A stretch of 64,000 nucleotides of DNA from Candidatus Marinacidobacterales bacterium (GCA_965237955.1 OZ250169.1:3712001-3776000), one strand, 5' to 3'. Positions 27,358-37,181 are shown, numbered from the stretch's first letter. Numbers and translations: made by a program. The notes: generated by a model from the sequence alone, not told the origin.

Positions 27358-28039
27358 CGTCTACTATGACAACGTCCATGTTCTCAAAGACGTTACGTTG
27401 CACGTCAACCAAGGGGAGCTCGTCACACTCATTGGTGCGAATGGCGCGGGTAAGACCACCTTACTCAAGACGCTCTCGGGCTTGAAGTCACCCCGCCATG
27501 GCGTGATTGCCTTTTTGGACCAGCGGATCGATGGCAAATCGCCCACTGAAATCGTGCGGCTCGGTATCGTCCACTGTCCCGAAGGCCGTCGCATTTTTCC
27601 CGACATGAGGGTGGGTGAGAATCTTGAAATGGGTGCTTACACCCGCTCCGATAGAGACGGCATTGGAACGGATAAGGAGCTCATCTTCGAGCTCTTCCCG
27701 ATTCTGAAGGAACGCTACAACCAACGGGCTGGCAATCTCTCTGGGGGCGAGCAGCAAATGCTCGCCATGGGTAGGGCGTTGCTTGCCAAGCCCCGCCTCC
27801 TCATGTTCGACGAGCCATCGCTCGGGCTTGCGCCGGTCCTCGTCGAGCAGATCGCAGACATCATCCGAAAGCTACATAAAAGCGGCACGACCATCCTGCT
27901 CAACGAGCAAAACGCTGACATGGCGCTTCGCCTGGCAGATCGCGCGTATGTGCTGGAAACCGGAAGAGTTGTCTTGGAAGGAAACGGTGCCGATCTGCTG
28001 CAAAACGCGCACGTTCAGCAAGCTTATCTCGGAGGTTGA
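27335..28039 (+). CDS. livF: Branched-chain amino acid-type ABC ATPase
   Basis: GANGAGKT, PEGRRIF, LSGGEQQM and DEPSLGLAP. Confidence 0.93.
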   Translation: MLKISNIDVYYDNVHVLKDVTLHVNQGELVTLIGANGAGKTTLLKTLSGLKSPRHGVIAFLDQRIDGKSPTEIVRLGIVHCPEGRRIFPDMRVGENLEMGAYTRSDRDGIGTDKELIFELFPILKERYNQRAGNLSGGEQQMLAMGRALLAKPRLLMFDEPSLGLAPVLVEQIADIIRKLHKSGTTILLNEQNADMALRLADRAYVLETGRVVLEGNGADLLQNAHVQQAYLGG

Positions 28040-28122
28040 ACCGTTACTCGTTGGCTGGCCGTATCGGATCTCGCTGAGACAAGCGAGCGGAGAATCCAGA
28101 ACGTCAGGCCGCTGTACTCCGC

Positions 28123-29319
28123 TTACCGTTCCCAGGGCATTCGAACCAAACTGCGATTGATCGAACCAAGGTTCGGCATTCCTGCCAGCCCCATGGAGAC
28201 GACCAGCTCGGCGCGCAGCATTTCCACCACCCGCTGCACGCCCACTTGACCGAAGGCCGCCAAACCCCAGACGTATGCCCGCCCGATCAGGACGGCCTTG
28301 GCGCCCAATGCCAGTGCTTTCAGAATATCGGCGCCTCTGCGGATGCCACTGTCGATCAGGACGGGAATCCTCCCATCCACCGCGTCCACGACTTCTCGCA
28401 AGGCCATCAGGGTCGGTACGGCTCCGTCGAGCGCCCGGCCCCCGTGGTTCGACACGATGATGGCCTGCGCGCCGTTGTCCACCGCCAGCGTCGCGTCTTC
28501 GGAGGTCAGAACGCCTTTGATGACCAGTGGAAGATCCGAGGCGCTGCGGAGCCAGTCGAGGTGATGCCAGGTCAGGCTCGGGCGGGTCGGCCGGAGCTCA
28601 CCGGGTCGTTGCGGGTAAAAGTGATTTCGGATGACGCGGTCCCGGTTCGGCGAGTACGGATGGTCCACCGTGACCGCCAAGGCTGTGCCCCCCGCTTCCT
28701 CGTGGCGCCGCGCCCAGCCCTGTGCCGTTGACTTCGTTGAATGGCCAAGGGTACTTGCCCACCAGACCGGGGCCTGCTCGGCTTGGTAGAGGTTGTCGAT
28801 CCAGGAAAGGGGACTGCTGATGCAGTAGATGGCCTTGCAGGCGTGGGCGCCCATGGCGGCCAACTTGTCCCCCTCCGGCACGATCCGGTTCTTGGTGGTG
28901 GGGTCCAGGAGGATGGGGAACTCCAGTTTGTGTCCCAGGAGCTCCAAGGACGTGTCGACCGTGCTGACGTCAACCATGACGCGCGGGCGCAACCATACGC
29001 GCCGGTACGCCTCCAAGTTGGCCCTCAGCGTCCATTCGTCCTCCGCGCCGCCGGCAACGTAGTTGTAGGTTGCATGGTCGAGGTTGCGCTTGGCGACCTC
29101 CTGGAACTCACGAACGTTGACCGGCCCCATTACCTTGTCACTGTGCTGAGGCGGATAGGTCCTCGGCCGCGGGACCTGGCGTTGGCTCTCGGCGAGCAGC
29201 GGCGAGGCGCCCGCAGTCAAGAACAACGTGGTCAGAAACTCGCGGCGACTTCGGTATCGCAGTCGGTCCACAAACCCGGGGCTGTGAGCTTTCTCGATTT
29301 GCTTGATTCTGTCAGTCAT
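28123..29319 (-). CDS. FMN-dependent alpha-hydroxy-acid dehydrogenase family protein with Tat signal
   Basis: SRREFL twin-arginine motif; YVAGGA, VIKG, SNHGGR.LD and DSGIRRG.D motifs. Confidence 0.88.
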   Translation of the reverse strand: MTDRIKQIEKAHSPGFVDRLRYRSRREFLTTLFLTAGASPLLAESQRQVPRPRTYPPQHSDKVMGPVNVREFQEVAKRNLDHATYNYVAGGAEDEWTLRANLEAYRRVWLRPRVMVDVSTVDTSLELLGHKLEFPILLDPTTKNRIVPEGDKLAAMGAHACKAIYCISSPLSWIDNLYQAEQAPVWWASTLGHSTKSTAQGWARRHEEAGGTALAVTVDHPYSPNRDRVIRNHFYPQRPGELRPTRPSLTWHHLDWLRSASDLPLVIKGVLTSEDATLAVDNGAQAIIVSNHGGRALDGAVPTLMALREVVDAVDGRIPVLIDSGIRRGADILKALALGAKAVLIGRAYVWGLAAFGQVGVQRVVEMLRAELVVSMGLAGMPNLGSINRSLVRMPWER

Positions 29320-29359
29320 CGCTCCATTACCTTCGTTACAAACGCCGGCTCCACTTACC

Positions 29360-29923
29360 TCACCTGGACAAGAACGAGTGTGGCGTGTGACATCCAGCAC
29401 ACGACACGGTTGCGGTGCGCGCAGGCGGCTCGGAACACTCTGCCGGCAACATGGCGTGGCATCGCTTGCACTGGATCTCGATCGCCTTCCGCTCTCGCCG
29501 TTGGTGCACCCCATGGCAAGTCCCGCAGTGAGGAGCGCGCGTTCGGGACTGCTCCAACACGAGCTTTCCGTGTTGGCTCGCGGAATACTCCGTCAGAATC
29601 GAGTCCGGGCCTTCCCCCACGTGGCAGGCACCGCACAATGCCGGAACTTCATGAGGTGCGGCGATGCGGTCCGGCTCACTACCCCCGTCGGAATCGGCGT
29701 GGCGGATACTCTCTCCATGACAGACGTTGCACCTGATTCCCTGCTCGGCGTGCGGATGTGTGAAGAATTCGTCCACGGTAACACTGTGGCAGACCACGCA
29801 CACCGGACGCTGCGCGGAAGCTTCCTGCGGTGCCATCACGATCAGGATCAGGGCCGCCAGTCCCATTGCCAGCAGCCGGAGCCCGCGTGTCACGCATCGC
29901 CGCAGGCGCCCCTCGCCTTTCAT
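29360..29923 (-). CDS. Small multiheme (6x CxxCH) cytochrome c with Sec-type signal
   Basis: CVVCH, CNVCH, CGACH, CGTCH, CKRCH, CAGCH; signal ending ASA; ATGA overlap with upstream gene. Confidence 0.85.
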   Translation of the reverse strand: MKGEGRLRRCVTRGLRLLAMGLAALILIVMAPQEASAQRPVCVVCHSVTVDEFFTHPHAEQGIRCNVCHGESIRHADSDGGSEPDRIAAPHEVPALCGACHVGEGPDSILTEYSASQHGKLVLEQSRTRAPHCGTCHGVHQRRERKAIEIQCKRCHAMLPAECSEPPARTATVSCAGCHTPHSFLSR

Positions 29924-31158
29924 GGGGTCCAGGCTCGTCGAATCAGGCTCGGCTGGATCGATCGCAGATTCGCCATGCCGGCCAGGGCCATCGCAACCAT
30001 GAGCTCCCCTCGCAGTAACTCCGTCACCCGCTGCACGCCTTCCTGGCCGAACGCGCCCAATCCCCACAGGTACGGCCGCCCGATCAGAACCGCCGTGGCA
30101 CCAAGGCCCAACGCCTTCAAGACATCCCCGCCGCGGCGGATGCCACCATCCATCAACACGGGGACTCTCCCGCTGACGGCATCCACCACTTCTGGCAAAG
30201 CGTCCAAGCTTCCCAACATGCCGTCGAGGGCCCGTCCACCGTGATTGGACACGACCACGGCCTGCGCGCCGTGCTCGACCGCGAGCCGCGCGTCCTCGCC
30301 GGTCACGATACCTTTGACGACGACGGGCAACGGTGTGGCGCCATGAAGCCAGTTCAGGTACTCCCAGGTCATGCTCGGCGTGTATGGCTGTAGCATGCCA
30401 GCCTGAAAACCGTCATGGGGTGGTCCCGAGGTCGAGTAGACGCCCGTCCGGATCGACTCCAGGTCGAACTTGTTGCGATTATCGCGGTCGTGAACCCCCG
30501 TATACGGATAGTCCACGCTCACGCAGATGGCGGCGGTCCCGGAATCCTCGGCGCGCTTCGCGAATTCCTCAGCAGACGTCTGGGTGGGCTGTCCGAGCGT
30601 GGCCGCCCACCACGTGGGGGCCTCGCCTGCCTGGCTCATCTCGTTCATCGTGTCGAGAGCGCTCACGACGTAGATGGACTTGGTGTGGCGGGCGGCAAGA
30701 GCTGCGACGCGATCGCCGTCCGGATGCAGCAGTTGCTTTCCTCCAGCGGGAGCCAGGAGAATCGGATGCTCGAACTTCTGTCCCAGCAGCTCGAGTGACG
30801 TGTCCATGGCGCTGACGTCTTTCATCACTCGGCGGCGGATCCAGAAGCGTCCGAATGCATCACGGTTCGCCCCCAGTGTCAGCTCATCTGCTGCTCCGCC
30901 GGCGATATAGTCGTACGCCGCTTTGTTGATCGTCTTTTTTGCGGCCGTCTCGAACTCGTGGAGGTTGACCGGCGCCATGATTTCGTCGCGGTAGGTGGGC
31001 GGAGAGATGGTCTCGGGCCTTTCTCTCTCCTGGGAAGCCTGGCTCAGACCAGCCAGCGGCGAAGCCGCCATGAATGTGGCAAGGTGACCAAGAGCGGAGC
31101 GGCGTGTGGTGCTCGTGATCTTATTTTCAGCGGAGGCAACCTCCGACGCTTTTTTCAT
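29920..31158 (-). CDS. FMN-dependent alpha-hydroxy-acid dehydrogenase family protein with Tat signal
   Basis: TRRSAL twin-arginine motif; YIAGGA, VVKG, SNHGGR.LD and DGGIRRG.D motifs; AAGGAGG RBS. Confidence 0.88.
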   Translation of the reverse strand: MKKASEVASAENKITSTTRRSALGHLATFMAASPLAGLSQASQERERPETISPPTYRDEIMAPVNLHEFETAAKKTINKAAYDYIAGGAADELTLGANRDAFGRFWIRRRVMKDVSAMDTSLELLGQKFEHPILLAPAGGKQLLHPDGDRVAALAARHTKSIYVVSALDTMNEMSQAGEAPTWWAATLGQPTQTSAEEFAKRAEDSGTAAICVSVDYPYTGVHDRDNRNKFDLESIRTGVYSTSGPPHDGFQAGMLQPYTPSMTWEYLNWLHGATPLPVVVKGIVTGEDARLAVEHGAQAVVVSNHGGRALDGMLGSLDALPEVVDAVSGRVPVLMDGGIRRGGDVLKALGLGATAVLIGRPYLWGLGAFGQEGVQRVTELLRGELMVAMALAGMANLRSIQPSLIRRAWTP

Positions 31159-31205
31159 CGTTTCCTCCTTCCGAGCGACGGCCACCCGAAAGATGATCGG
31201 CGAGG

Positions 31206-31234
31206 ATTCTGAACGATGTATCCACGGGTGTCAA
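31206..31234 (-). promoter_or_regulatory. Putative sigma70 promoter of the dehydrogenase-cytochrome operon
   Basis: TTGACA-N17-CAGAAT on the minus strand, about 48 bp before ATG 31158. Confidence 0.6.
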
Positions 31235-31245
31235 GCCATTCGCGA

Positions 31246-31350
31246 CTAGAGTTTGGGATGCTTCAAGTGATGATGATCGGTCTTCGCCTGGAACACATGT
31301 GCCAGCAGCAGGATTTCCGGCTCACCAAAGAGCTTGCCCGTAAAGCCGAT
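31246..31350 (-). pseudogene. C-terminal remnant of an amidase-signature family gene
   Basis: Manual translation IGFTGKLFGEPEILLLAHVFQAKTDHHHLKHPKL* resembles amidase C-termini; no upstream coding part. Confidence 0.5.
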
Positions 31351-31393
31351 ACGAATGACTCCCCCTTTCGATCCTCCACCGTTCAAGACCAAA

Positions 31394-34264
31394 TCACGGT
31401 ACTCTCGGTCGAATCGGCGCCTTGGCCGTCGTTATTTCAACGACGGCCGTCTGAAGGCCTGAAGACTCCGCGGTCAGCTGGATCACGCCGGGCTTCTTCG
31501 TCGCCTGGATGATGACCATGGCCAGGCCGTTGAAGGCGCTGCGCTTGTCCGCCTTGTCCGGCTCGTGGCTCGAGGGGTCCCCGTTCCCCACGCCGATAAT
31601 CTCCCCGGGGCCCTCTAGACTGAATTGCACCTCGTTCCCGGCGGTCGGCACGAACCGACCCTCTGCGTCGAGGATGCTGACTTTCACCAGGGAGACATCC
31701 TCGCCGTCCGCGTTGACGCTCGAGCGGTCGGGCTCGAGTGCTATGCCGGCTGGCTCCTCCGTCGTCTCTCGCCTGGTCTCGGCGACGACCTCTCCGTCCC
31801 GGTAGCACTTGGCTTGAAGGACTCCCGGCTCCCACTCGACCTTCCACGACAGGCTCGAGTACGGCTCCAGGTCTTTTTGTCCCTGGCTCTCCCCGTTGAG
31901 GAACAGCTCGACGCTCTCGCAGTTGCTATAGCACTGGACCTCGATCGTCCTGTCGCTCTCGTCTCTGTCCGCCCAGTTCCAGTGCGGGAATAGGTGAAGG
32001 ACGGTCTCGTCGCTCCAGGCCGACTTGTAGTAGTAGTAGTCGTCCTTGGGGAAAGCGCAGGTGTCCATGAAGCCGAATTGTGAGCTGATGGCTGGCCAGT
32101 CATAGGGAGCGGGTCCGCCGCGATTGTCGATGGCATTCCAGACGAATCCGCCCGCCACGTAATCCGTCTCGGCCACCATACGCCAGCTCCGCGCCGAAGC
32201 GGTGTCGTAGGAGCTGAGATGGGCCTTCTCGTCGTCCTTGGCATAGACCCCGCGCGTCGTTCGGGCGTAGCCGGTCTCGAGGGCGACCATCGGCTGCTCC
32301 GGATTCGCAGCGTGGTATTCGCGGTAATTATCCGGGTTGAACCCCCTGACATCGATGACTTCTGTCAAGTTTGCGAGACCCGCTAATAAATTGGTCTCTT
32401 CAGGCGAGCGCGCGCCACCGGTCGGTCCCATGGGCCCGATGGTGGGACGGGTGGGGTCCCACCGCTTAACCACGTCTTGCATCGCCTTATACTGTTTCGT
32501 TGCCTCCTCGTAGCCCTGTTTCAAACCCTCGTTGTACATGCTCCAGAGGACGATGCTGGGGTGGTTCCTGTCGCGCCGCACCAAGCTTTCCACGGTGGCC
32601 AGCACCTCCTCCGAATCACCCATATGGCGATTCTCATTCATCACCAGCATTCCCAGGCGGTCGCACGCTTCCAGCACCTCCGGGGTATGCGGGTTGTGCG
32701 AAGCGCGGAAGGCGTTCGCACCCATCTGTTTGAGCTTCTCTATCCGGTAAACGTTGATCCTGTCGGGCAGGGCGGCGCCCACTCCCGCGAAGTCATGGTG
32801 GAGGTTGACTCCGTTGATCTTCACGTTTTTCCCGTTGAGGGAGAACCCGTTCCCGTCGAAGGTGAAATACCGTACCCCCAGCGGCGTCTCGTACCGGTCG
32901 GTGACGCGCCCGCCGCTTTTTACCGTAGTCTTTACCGCATACAAGTATGGGTTCTCTAGAGACCACAGGGTCGGGTCTTGTATCGTGACGTCCTGGTTGA
33001 ATTCGTACTCCTGACCCGCTGGGATAGTCTGCTCCGCCTCGGACTCCGCCACCGTCTTCCCGTCAGTGTCGGTAACCGTGCTCGTGAGCGTGCACTCCAT
33101 CGACTCCGCGCTATCGTTGACGACGGTCGTCTGGATGTTGACCTCCGCCAGCTCGTTGGTGACCTCCGGCGAGGTGACGAAGGTCCCCCAGTGACCGACG
33201 TGCAGGGGGTCGAGCTTCGTTAGCCAGGCGTGGCGGTAGATGCCGCCGCCCTCGTACCACCAGCCCTCGTCCCAGTCCGCGTCGGCGCGCACCGTCACCA
33301 CATTCTCCCCGCCGAAGTTCGCCGCGTCGGTGATGTCGTAATAGAAGCCCGTGTAGCCGCTCCAGTGGTGACCGAGCCAATGACCGTTTACCCAGACGTC
33401 GCTATTCCGGTAGACCCCGTCGAACTCCAGCCAGATCCGCTTACCCTCGTCCGCGGCCGGGAGCTCGAAGCCGCGGCGGTACCAGCCGACGCCCTTGGGC
33501 TTGTAACCATGGTCCCTTTCGTACCAGAGCTCGCCTTCCCTTATGCCCTGGGGCTTGTCCGCCCCCTTGGGGTCGAAATCGCCCTCCACCACGAAGTCGT
33601 GGGGAACGCGGACCTCTTCCCAGCCGCTGTCGTCGAAGTCGACGGCCGCCGTCTTCACCGACCGCATCTTCGGGTCGTCTTGCCACAGGGCCGGCCTGTT
33701 GTACAGGGCCGCACCGTCGATGCCGCCGCGCCCCTCGACGTTTTCCACCAGCACCGCCAGCTCGTTCCGACCGCCATCTTCCCAGGTGTAGTTCAGATTG
33801 ATCTCGAAGGGGAAGTCCCCGCCCTCATGGTAGTAGGCTAACTCTCCGTTAACGTAGACGGTCGCGTTGTCGTCCACGGATTGAAAATAGAGCCGAGGCC
33901 TTCCGGTCGGTCCGGGCGGCAAGTCTCCGAGCTCCGTACGGAACCAGGCAAGACCCTCCTTGCCCTCGAACACGTCGCTACCCGGCTCCGTCTCCTGCCA
34001 ACCGGAGATATCGAGCCCCGGCGCCGCCATCGCTTTCGCCTCGTCCTCGCCCTTCTCGCTCGTCTTGAAGCGCCACTTGTCGATGGCCTTTCCCCGGGGC
34101 AAGGGGGTGAATCCCTCTGCCCTCCCCCGGTAGAATCGCCATCCCTCGTCCAGGAGTAGCTTCTGCCTTGGATTGTCATCCCGCGGAGCGCATGCGCTCG
34201 TTGTCAAGAATGTGGAAACGAGACCCATGGAGACACAAAGAATTAAAAAGGCTCTCGCGCTCAT
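31394..34264 (-). CDS. GH2 beta-galactosidase-like lipoprotein, copy A
   Basis: Lipobox TSAC; GWYR, LEFDGVY, EGGGIYR, RDRNHPSI, NE acid/base and ETG putative nucleophile. Confidence 0.9.
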   Translation of the reverse strand: MSARAFLILCVSMGLVSTFLTTSACAPRDDNPRQKLLLDEGWRFYRGRAEGFTPLPRGKAIDKWRFKTSEKGEDEAKAMAAPGLDISGWQETEPGSDVFEGKEGLAWFRTELGDLPPGPTGRPRLYFQSVDDNATVYVNGELAYYHEGGDFPFEINLNYTWEDGGRNELAVLVENVEGRGGIDGAALYNRPALWQDDPKMRSVKTAAVDFDDSGWEEVRVPHDFVVEGDFDPKGADKPQGIREGELWYERDHGYKPKGVGWYRRGFELPAADEGKRIWLEFDGVYRNSDVWVNGHWLGHHWSGYTGFYYDITDAANFGGENVVTVRADADWDEGWWYEGGGIYRHAWLTKLDPLHVGHWGTFVTSPEVTNELAEVNIQTTVVNDSAESMECTLTSTVTDTDGKTVAESEAEQTIPAGQEYEFNQDVTIQDPTLWSLENPYLYAVKTTVKSGGRVTDRYETPLGVRYFTFDGNGFSLNGKNVKINGVNLHHDFAGVGAALPDRINVYRIEKLKQMGANAFRASHNPHTPEVLEACDRLGMLVMNENRHMGDSEEVLATVESLVRRDRNHPSIVLWSMYNEGLKQGYEEATKQYKAMQDVVKRWDPTRPTIGPMGPTGGARSPEETNLLAGLANLTEVIDVRGFNPDNYREYHAANPEQPMVALETGYARTTRGVYAKDDEKAHLSSYDTASARSWRMVAETDYVAGGFVWNAIDNRGGPAPYDWPAISSQFGFMDTCAFPKDDYYYYKSAWSDETVLHLFPHWNWADRDESDRTIEVQCYSNCESVELFLNGESQGQKDLEPYSSLSWKVEWEPGVLQAKCYRDGEVVAETRRETTEEPAGIALEPDRSSVNADGEDVSLVKVSILDAEGRFVPTAGNEVQFSLEGPGEIIGVGNGDPSSHEPDKADKRSAFNGLAMVIIQATKKPGVIQLTAESSGLQTAVVEITTAKAPIRPRVP

Positions 34265-34301
34265 TTTGCCCCCTTCCGATCTTCCACCGTTCAGGCCCGA
34301 A

Positions 34302-37181
34302 TCACGGGACTCTCGGTCGAATCGGCGCCTTGGCCGTCGTTATCTCAACGACTGCCGTCTCGAGGCCCGAAGACTCTGCGGTCAGCTGGATCACGCCCGG
34401 CTGCTTCGTCGCCTGGATGATGACCATGGCCAAGCCGTTGAAGGCGCTGCGCTTGTCCGCCTTGTCCGCCTCGTGGCTCGAGGGGTCCCCGTTCCCCACG
34501 CCGATGATCTCCCCGGGGCCCTCTAGACTGAATTGCACCTCGTTCCCGGCGGTCGGCACGAACCGACCCTCCGCGTCGAGGATTCTGACTTTCACCAGGG
34601 AGACGTCCTCCCCGTCCGCGTTGACGCTCGAGCGGTCGGGCTCGAGTGCTATGCCGGCCGGCTCCTCCGCCGTCTCTCGCCTGGTCTCGGCGACGACCTC
34701 TCCGTCCCGGTAGCACTTGGCTTCCAGAACTCCGGGCTCCCACTCGACCTTCCACGATAGGCTCGAGTGCGGCTGCACGTCTTTTTGTCCCTGGCTCTCC
34801 CCGTTGAGAAACAGCTCGACGCTCTCGCAGTTGGTGTAGCACTGGACGTCGATCGTCTGGTCGCTTTCGTCTCTGTCGGCCCAGTTCCAGTGCGGGAATA
34901 AGTGAAGGACGGTCTCGTCGCTCCAGGCCGACTTGTAGGCGTAGTAGTCGTCCTTGGGGAAACCGCAGGTGTCCATGAGGCCGTATTGTGATGTGACGGC
35001 TGGCCAGTCAAAGGGAGCGGGCTCGCCCCGATAATCCATACCGTTCCAGACGAATCCGCCCGCGACGTAGTCCGTCTCGGCCACCGAACTCCAGCTCCGC
35101 GCCGAACCGGTGCCGTAGGAGCTGAGATAGGCCTTCTCGTCGTCCCTGGCATAGATCCCGCGCGTCGTTCGGGCGTAGCCGGTCTCGAGGGCGACCATCG
35201 GCTGATCCGGATTCGCAGCGTGGTATTCGTCGTATCTACGCGGGTTGAAACCCCTCACATCGATGACTTCTGTCAAGTTTGCGAGACCTTGTAATAAATT
35301 GGTCTCTTCAGGCGAGCGCGCGCCACCGGTCGGTCCCATGGGCCCGATGATGGGACGGGTGGGGTCCCACCGCTTGATCGCGTCCTGCATCGCTTTGTAC
35401 TGTTTCGTTGCCTCCTCGTAGCCCTGCTTCAACCCCTCGTTGTACATGCTATAGAGGACGATGCTTGGGTGGTTCCTGTCGCGCCGCACCATGCCTTCCA
35501 CAGTGGCGAGCACCTCCTCCGAATCACCCATGTGGCGATTCTCATTCATCACCAGTATCCCCAGGCGATCGGCCGCGTCCAGCACCTCCGCGGTCGGCGG
35601 GTTGTGCGCAGCGCGGTAGGCGTTCGCACCCATCTCCTTCAGCTTCTCCATCTTGTAAACGTTGATCCTGTCCGGCAAGGCGGCGCCCACTCCCGCGAAG
35701 TCATCGTGGAGGTTGACTCCGTTGATCTTCACGTTTTTCCCGTTGAGGGAGAACCCGTTCCCGTCGAAGGTGAAATACCGTACCCCCAGCGGCGTCTCGT
35801 ACCGGTCGGTGACGCGCCCGCCGCTTTTTACCGTAGTCTTTACCGCATACAAGTATGGGTTCTCTAGAGACCACAGGGTCGGGTCTTGTATCGTGACGTC
35901 CTGGTTGAATTCGTACTCCTGACCCGCTGGGATAGTCTGCTCCGCCTCGGACTCCGCCACCGTCTTCCCGTCAGTGTCGGTAACCGTGCTCGTGAGCGTG
36001 CACTCCATCGACTCCGCGCTATCGTTGACGACGGTCGTCTGGATGTTGACCTCCGCCAGCTCGTTGGTGACCTCCGGCGAGGTGACGAAGGTCCCCCAGT
36101 GACCGACGTGCAGGGGGTCGAGCTTCGTTAGCCAGGCGTGGCGGTAGATGCCGCCGCCCTCGTACCACCAGCCCTCGTCCCAGTCCGCGTCGGCGCGCAC
36201 CGTCACCACATTCTCCCCGCCGAAGTTCGCCGCGTCGGTGATGTCGTAATAGAAGCCCGTGTAGCCGCTCCAGTGGTGACCGAGCCAATGACCGTTTACC
36301 CAGACGTCGCTATTCCGGTAGACCCCGTCGAACTCCAGCCAGATCCGCTTACCCTCGTCCGCGGCCCGGAGCTCGAAGCCGCGGCGGTACCAGCCGACGC
36401 CCTTGGGCTTGTAACCATGGTCCCTGTCGTACCAGAGTTCGCCTTCCCTTTTACCCTGGGGCTTGTCCCCCCCCTTGGGGTCGAACTCGCCCCCCACCAC
36501 GAAGTCGTGGGGAACGCGGACCTCTTCCCAGCCGCTGTCGTCGAAGTCGACCGACGCCGTCTTCACCGACCGCATCTTCTGGTCGTCTTCCCACAGGGCC
36601 GGCCTGTTGTACAGGACCGTGCCGTCAATGCCGCCGCGGCCCCCGGTGTTGTGCACCAGCACCGCCAGCTCGTTCGGCCCGCCATCATTCCAGGTGTAGT
36701 TCAGATTGATCTCGAAGGGGAAGTCCCCGCCCTCATGGTAGTAGGCTAACTTCCCGTTAACGTAGACGGTCGCGTTGTCGTCCACGGATTGAAAATAGAG
36801 CCGAGGCCTTCCGGTCGGTCCGGGCGGCAAGTCTCCGAGCTCCGTACGGAACCAGGCAAGACCCTCCTTGCCCTCAAACACGTCGGTACCCGGCTCCGTC
36901 TCCTGCCAACCGGAGATATCGAGCCCGGGCGCCGCCATCGCTTCCGCCTCGTCCTCGCCCTTCTCGCTCACCTTCCAGCTCCACTTGTCGATGGTCTTTC
37001 CCCGGGGCAAGGGGGTGAATCCCTCTGCTCTCCCCCGGTAGAATCGCCATCCCTCGTCCATGAGTCGTTTCTGCCTTGGATTGTCATCCCGCGGAGCGCA
37101 TGCGCTCGTTGTCAGAAATGTGGAAATAAGACCCATGGAGACCAACAGAATCAAAAAGGCTCTCAAGCTAATTTTTCTCAT
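34302..37181 (-). CDS. GH2 beta-galactosidase-like lipoprotein, copy B (tandem paralog)
   Basis: Same motifs as copy A, offset 2908 bp; start MRKIS after GAGG. Confidence 0.9.
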   Translation of the reverse strand: MRKISLRAFLILLVSMGLISTFLTTSACAPRDDNPRQKRLMDEGWRFYRGRAEGFTPLPRGKTIDKWSWKVSEKGEDEAEAMAAPGLDISGWQETEPGTDVFEGKEGLAWFRTELGDLPPGPTGRPRLYFQSVDDNATVYVNGKLAYYHEGGDFPFEINLNYTWNDGGPNELAVLVHNTGGRGGIDGTVLYNRPALWEDDQKMRSVKTASVDFDDSGWEEVRVPHDFVVGGEFDPKGGDKPQGKREGELWYDRDHGYKPKGVGWYRRGFELRAADEGKRIWLEFDGVYRNSDVWVNGHWLGHHWSGYTGFYYDITDAANFGGENVVTVRADADWDEGWWYEGGGIYRHAWLTKLDPLHVGHWGTFVTSPEVTNELAEVNIQTTVVNDSAESMECTLTSTVTDTDGKTVAESEAEQTIPAGQEYEFNQDVTIQDPTLWSLENPYLYAVKTTVKSGGRVTDRYETPLGVRYFTFDGNGFSLNGKNVKINGVNLHDDFAGVGAALPDRINVYKMEKLKEMGANAYRAAHNPPTAEVLDAADRLGILVMNENRHMGDSEEVLATVEGMVRRDRNHPSIVLYSMYNEGLKQGYEEATKQYKAMQDAIKRWDPTRPIIGPMGPTGGARSPEETNLLQGLANLTEVIDVRGFNPRRYDEYHAANPDQPMVALETGYARTTRGIYARDDEKAYLSSYGTGSARSWSSVAETDYVAGGFVWNGMDYRGEPAPFDWPAVTSQYGLMDTCGFPKDDYYAYKSAWSDETVLHLFPHWNWADRDESDQTIDVQCYTNCESVELFLNGESQGQKDVQPHSSLSWKVEWEPGVLEAKCYRDGEVVAETRRETAEEPAGIALEPDRSSVNADGEDVSLVKVRILDAEGRFVPTAGNEVQFSLEGPGEIIGVGNGDPSSHEADKADKRSAFNGLAMVIIQATKQPGVIQLTAESSGLETAVVEITTAKAPIRPRVP

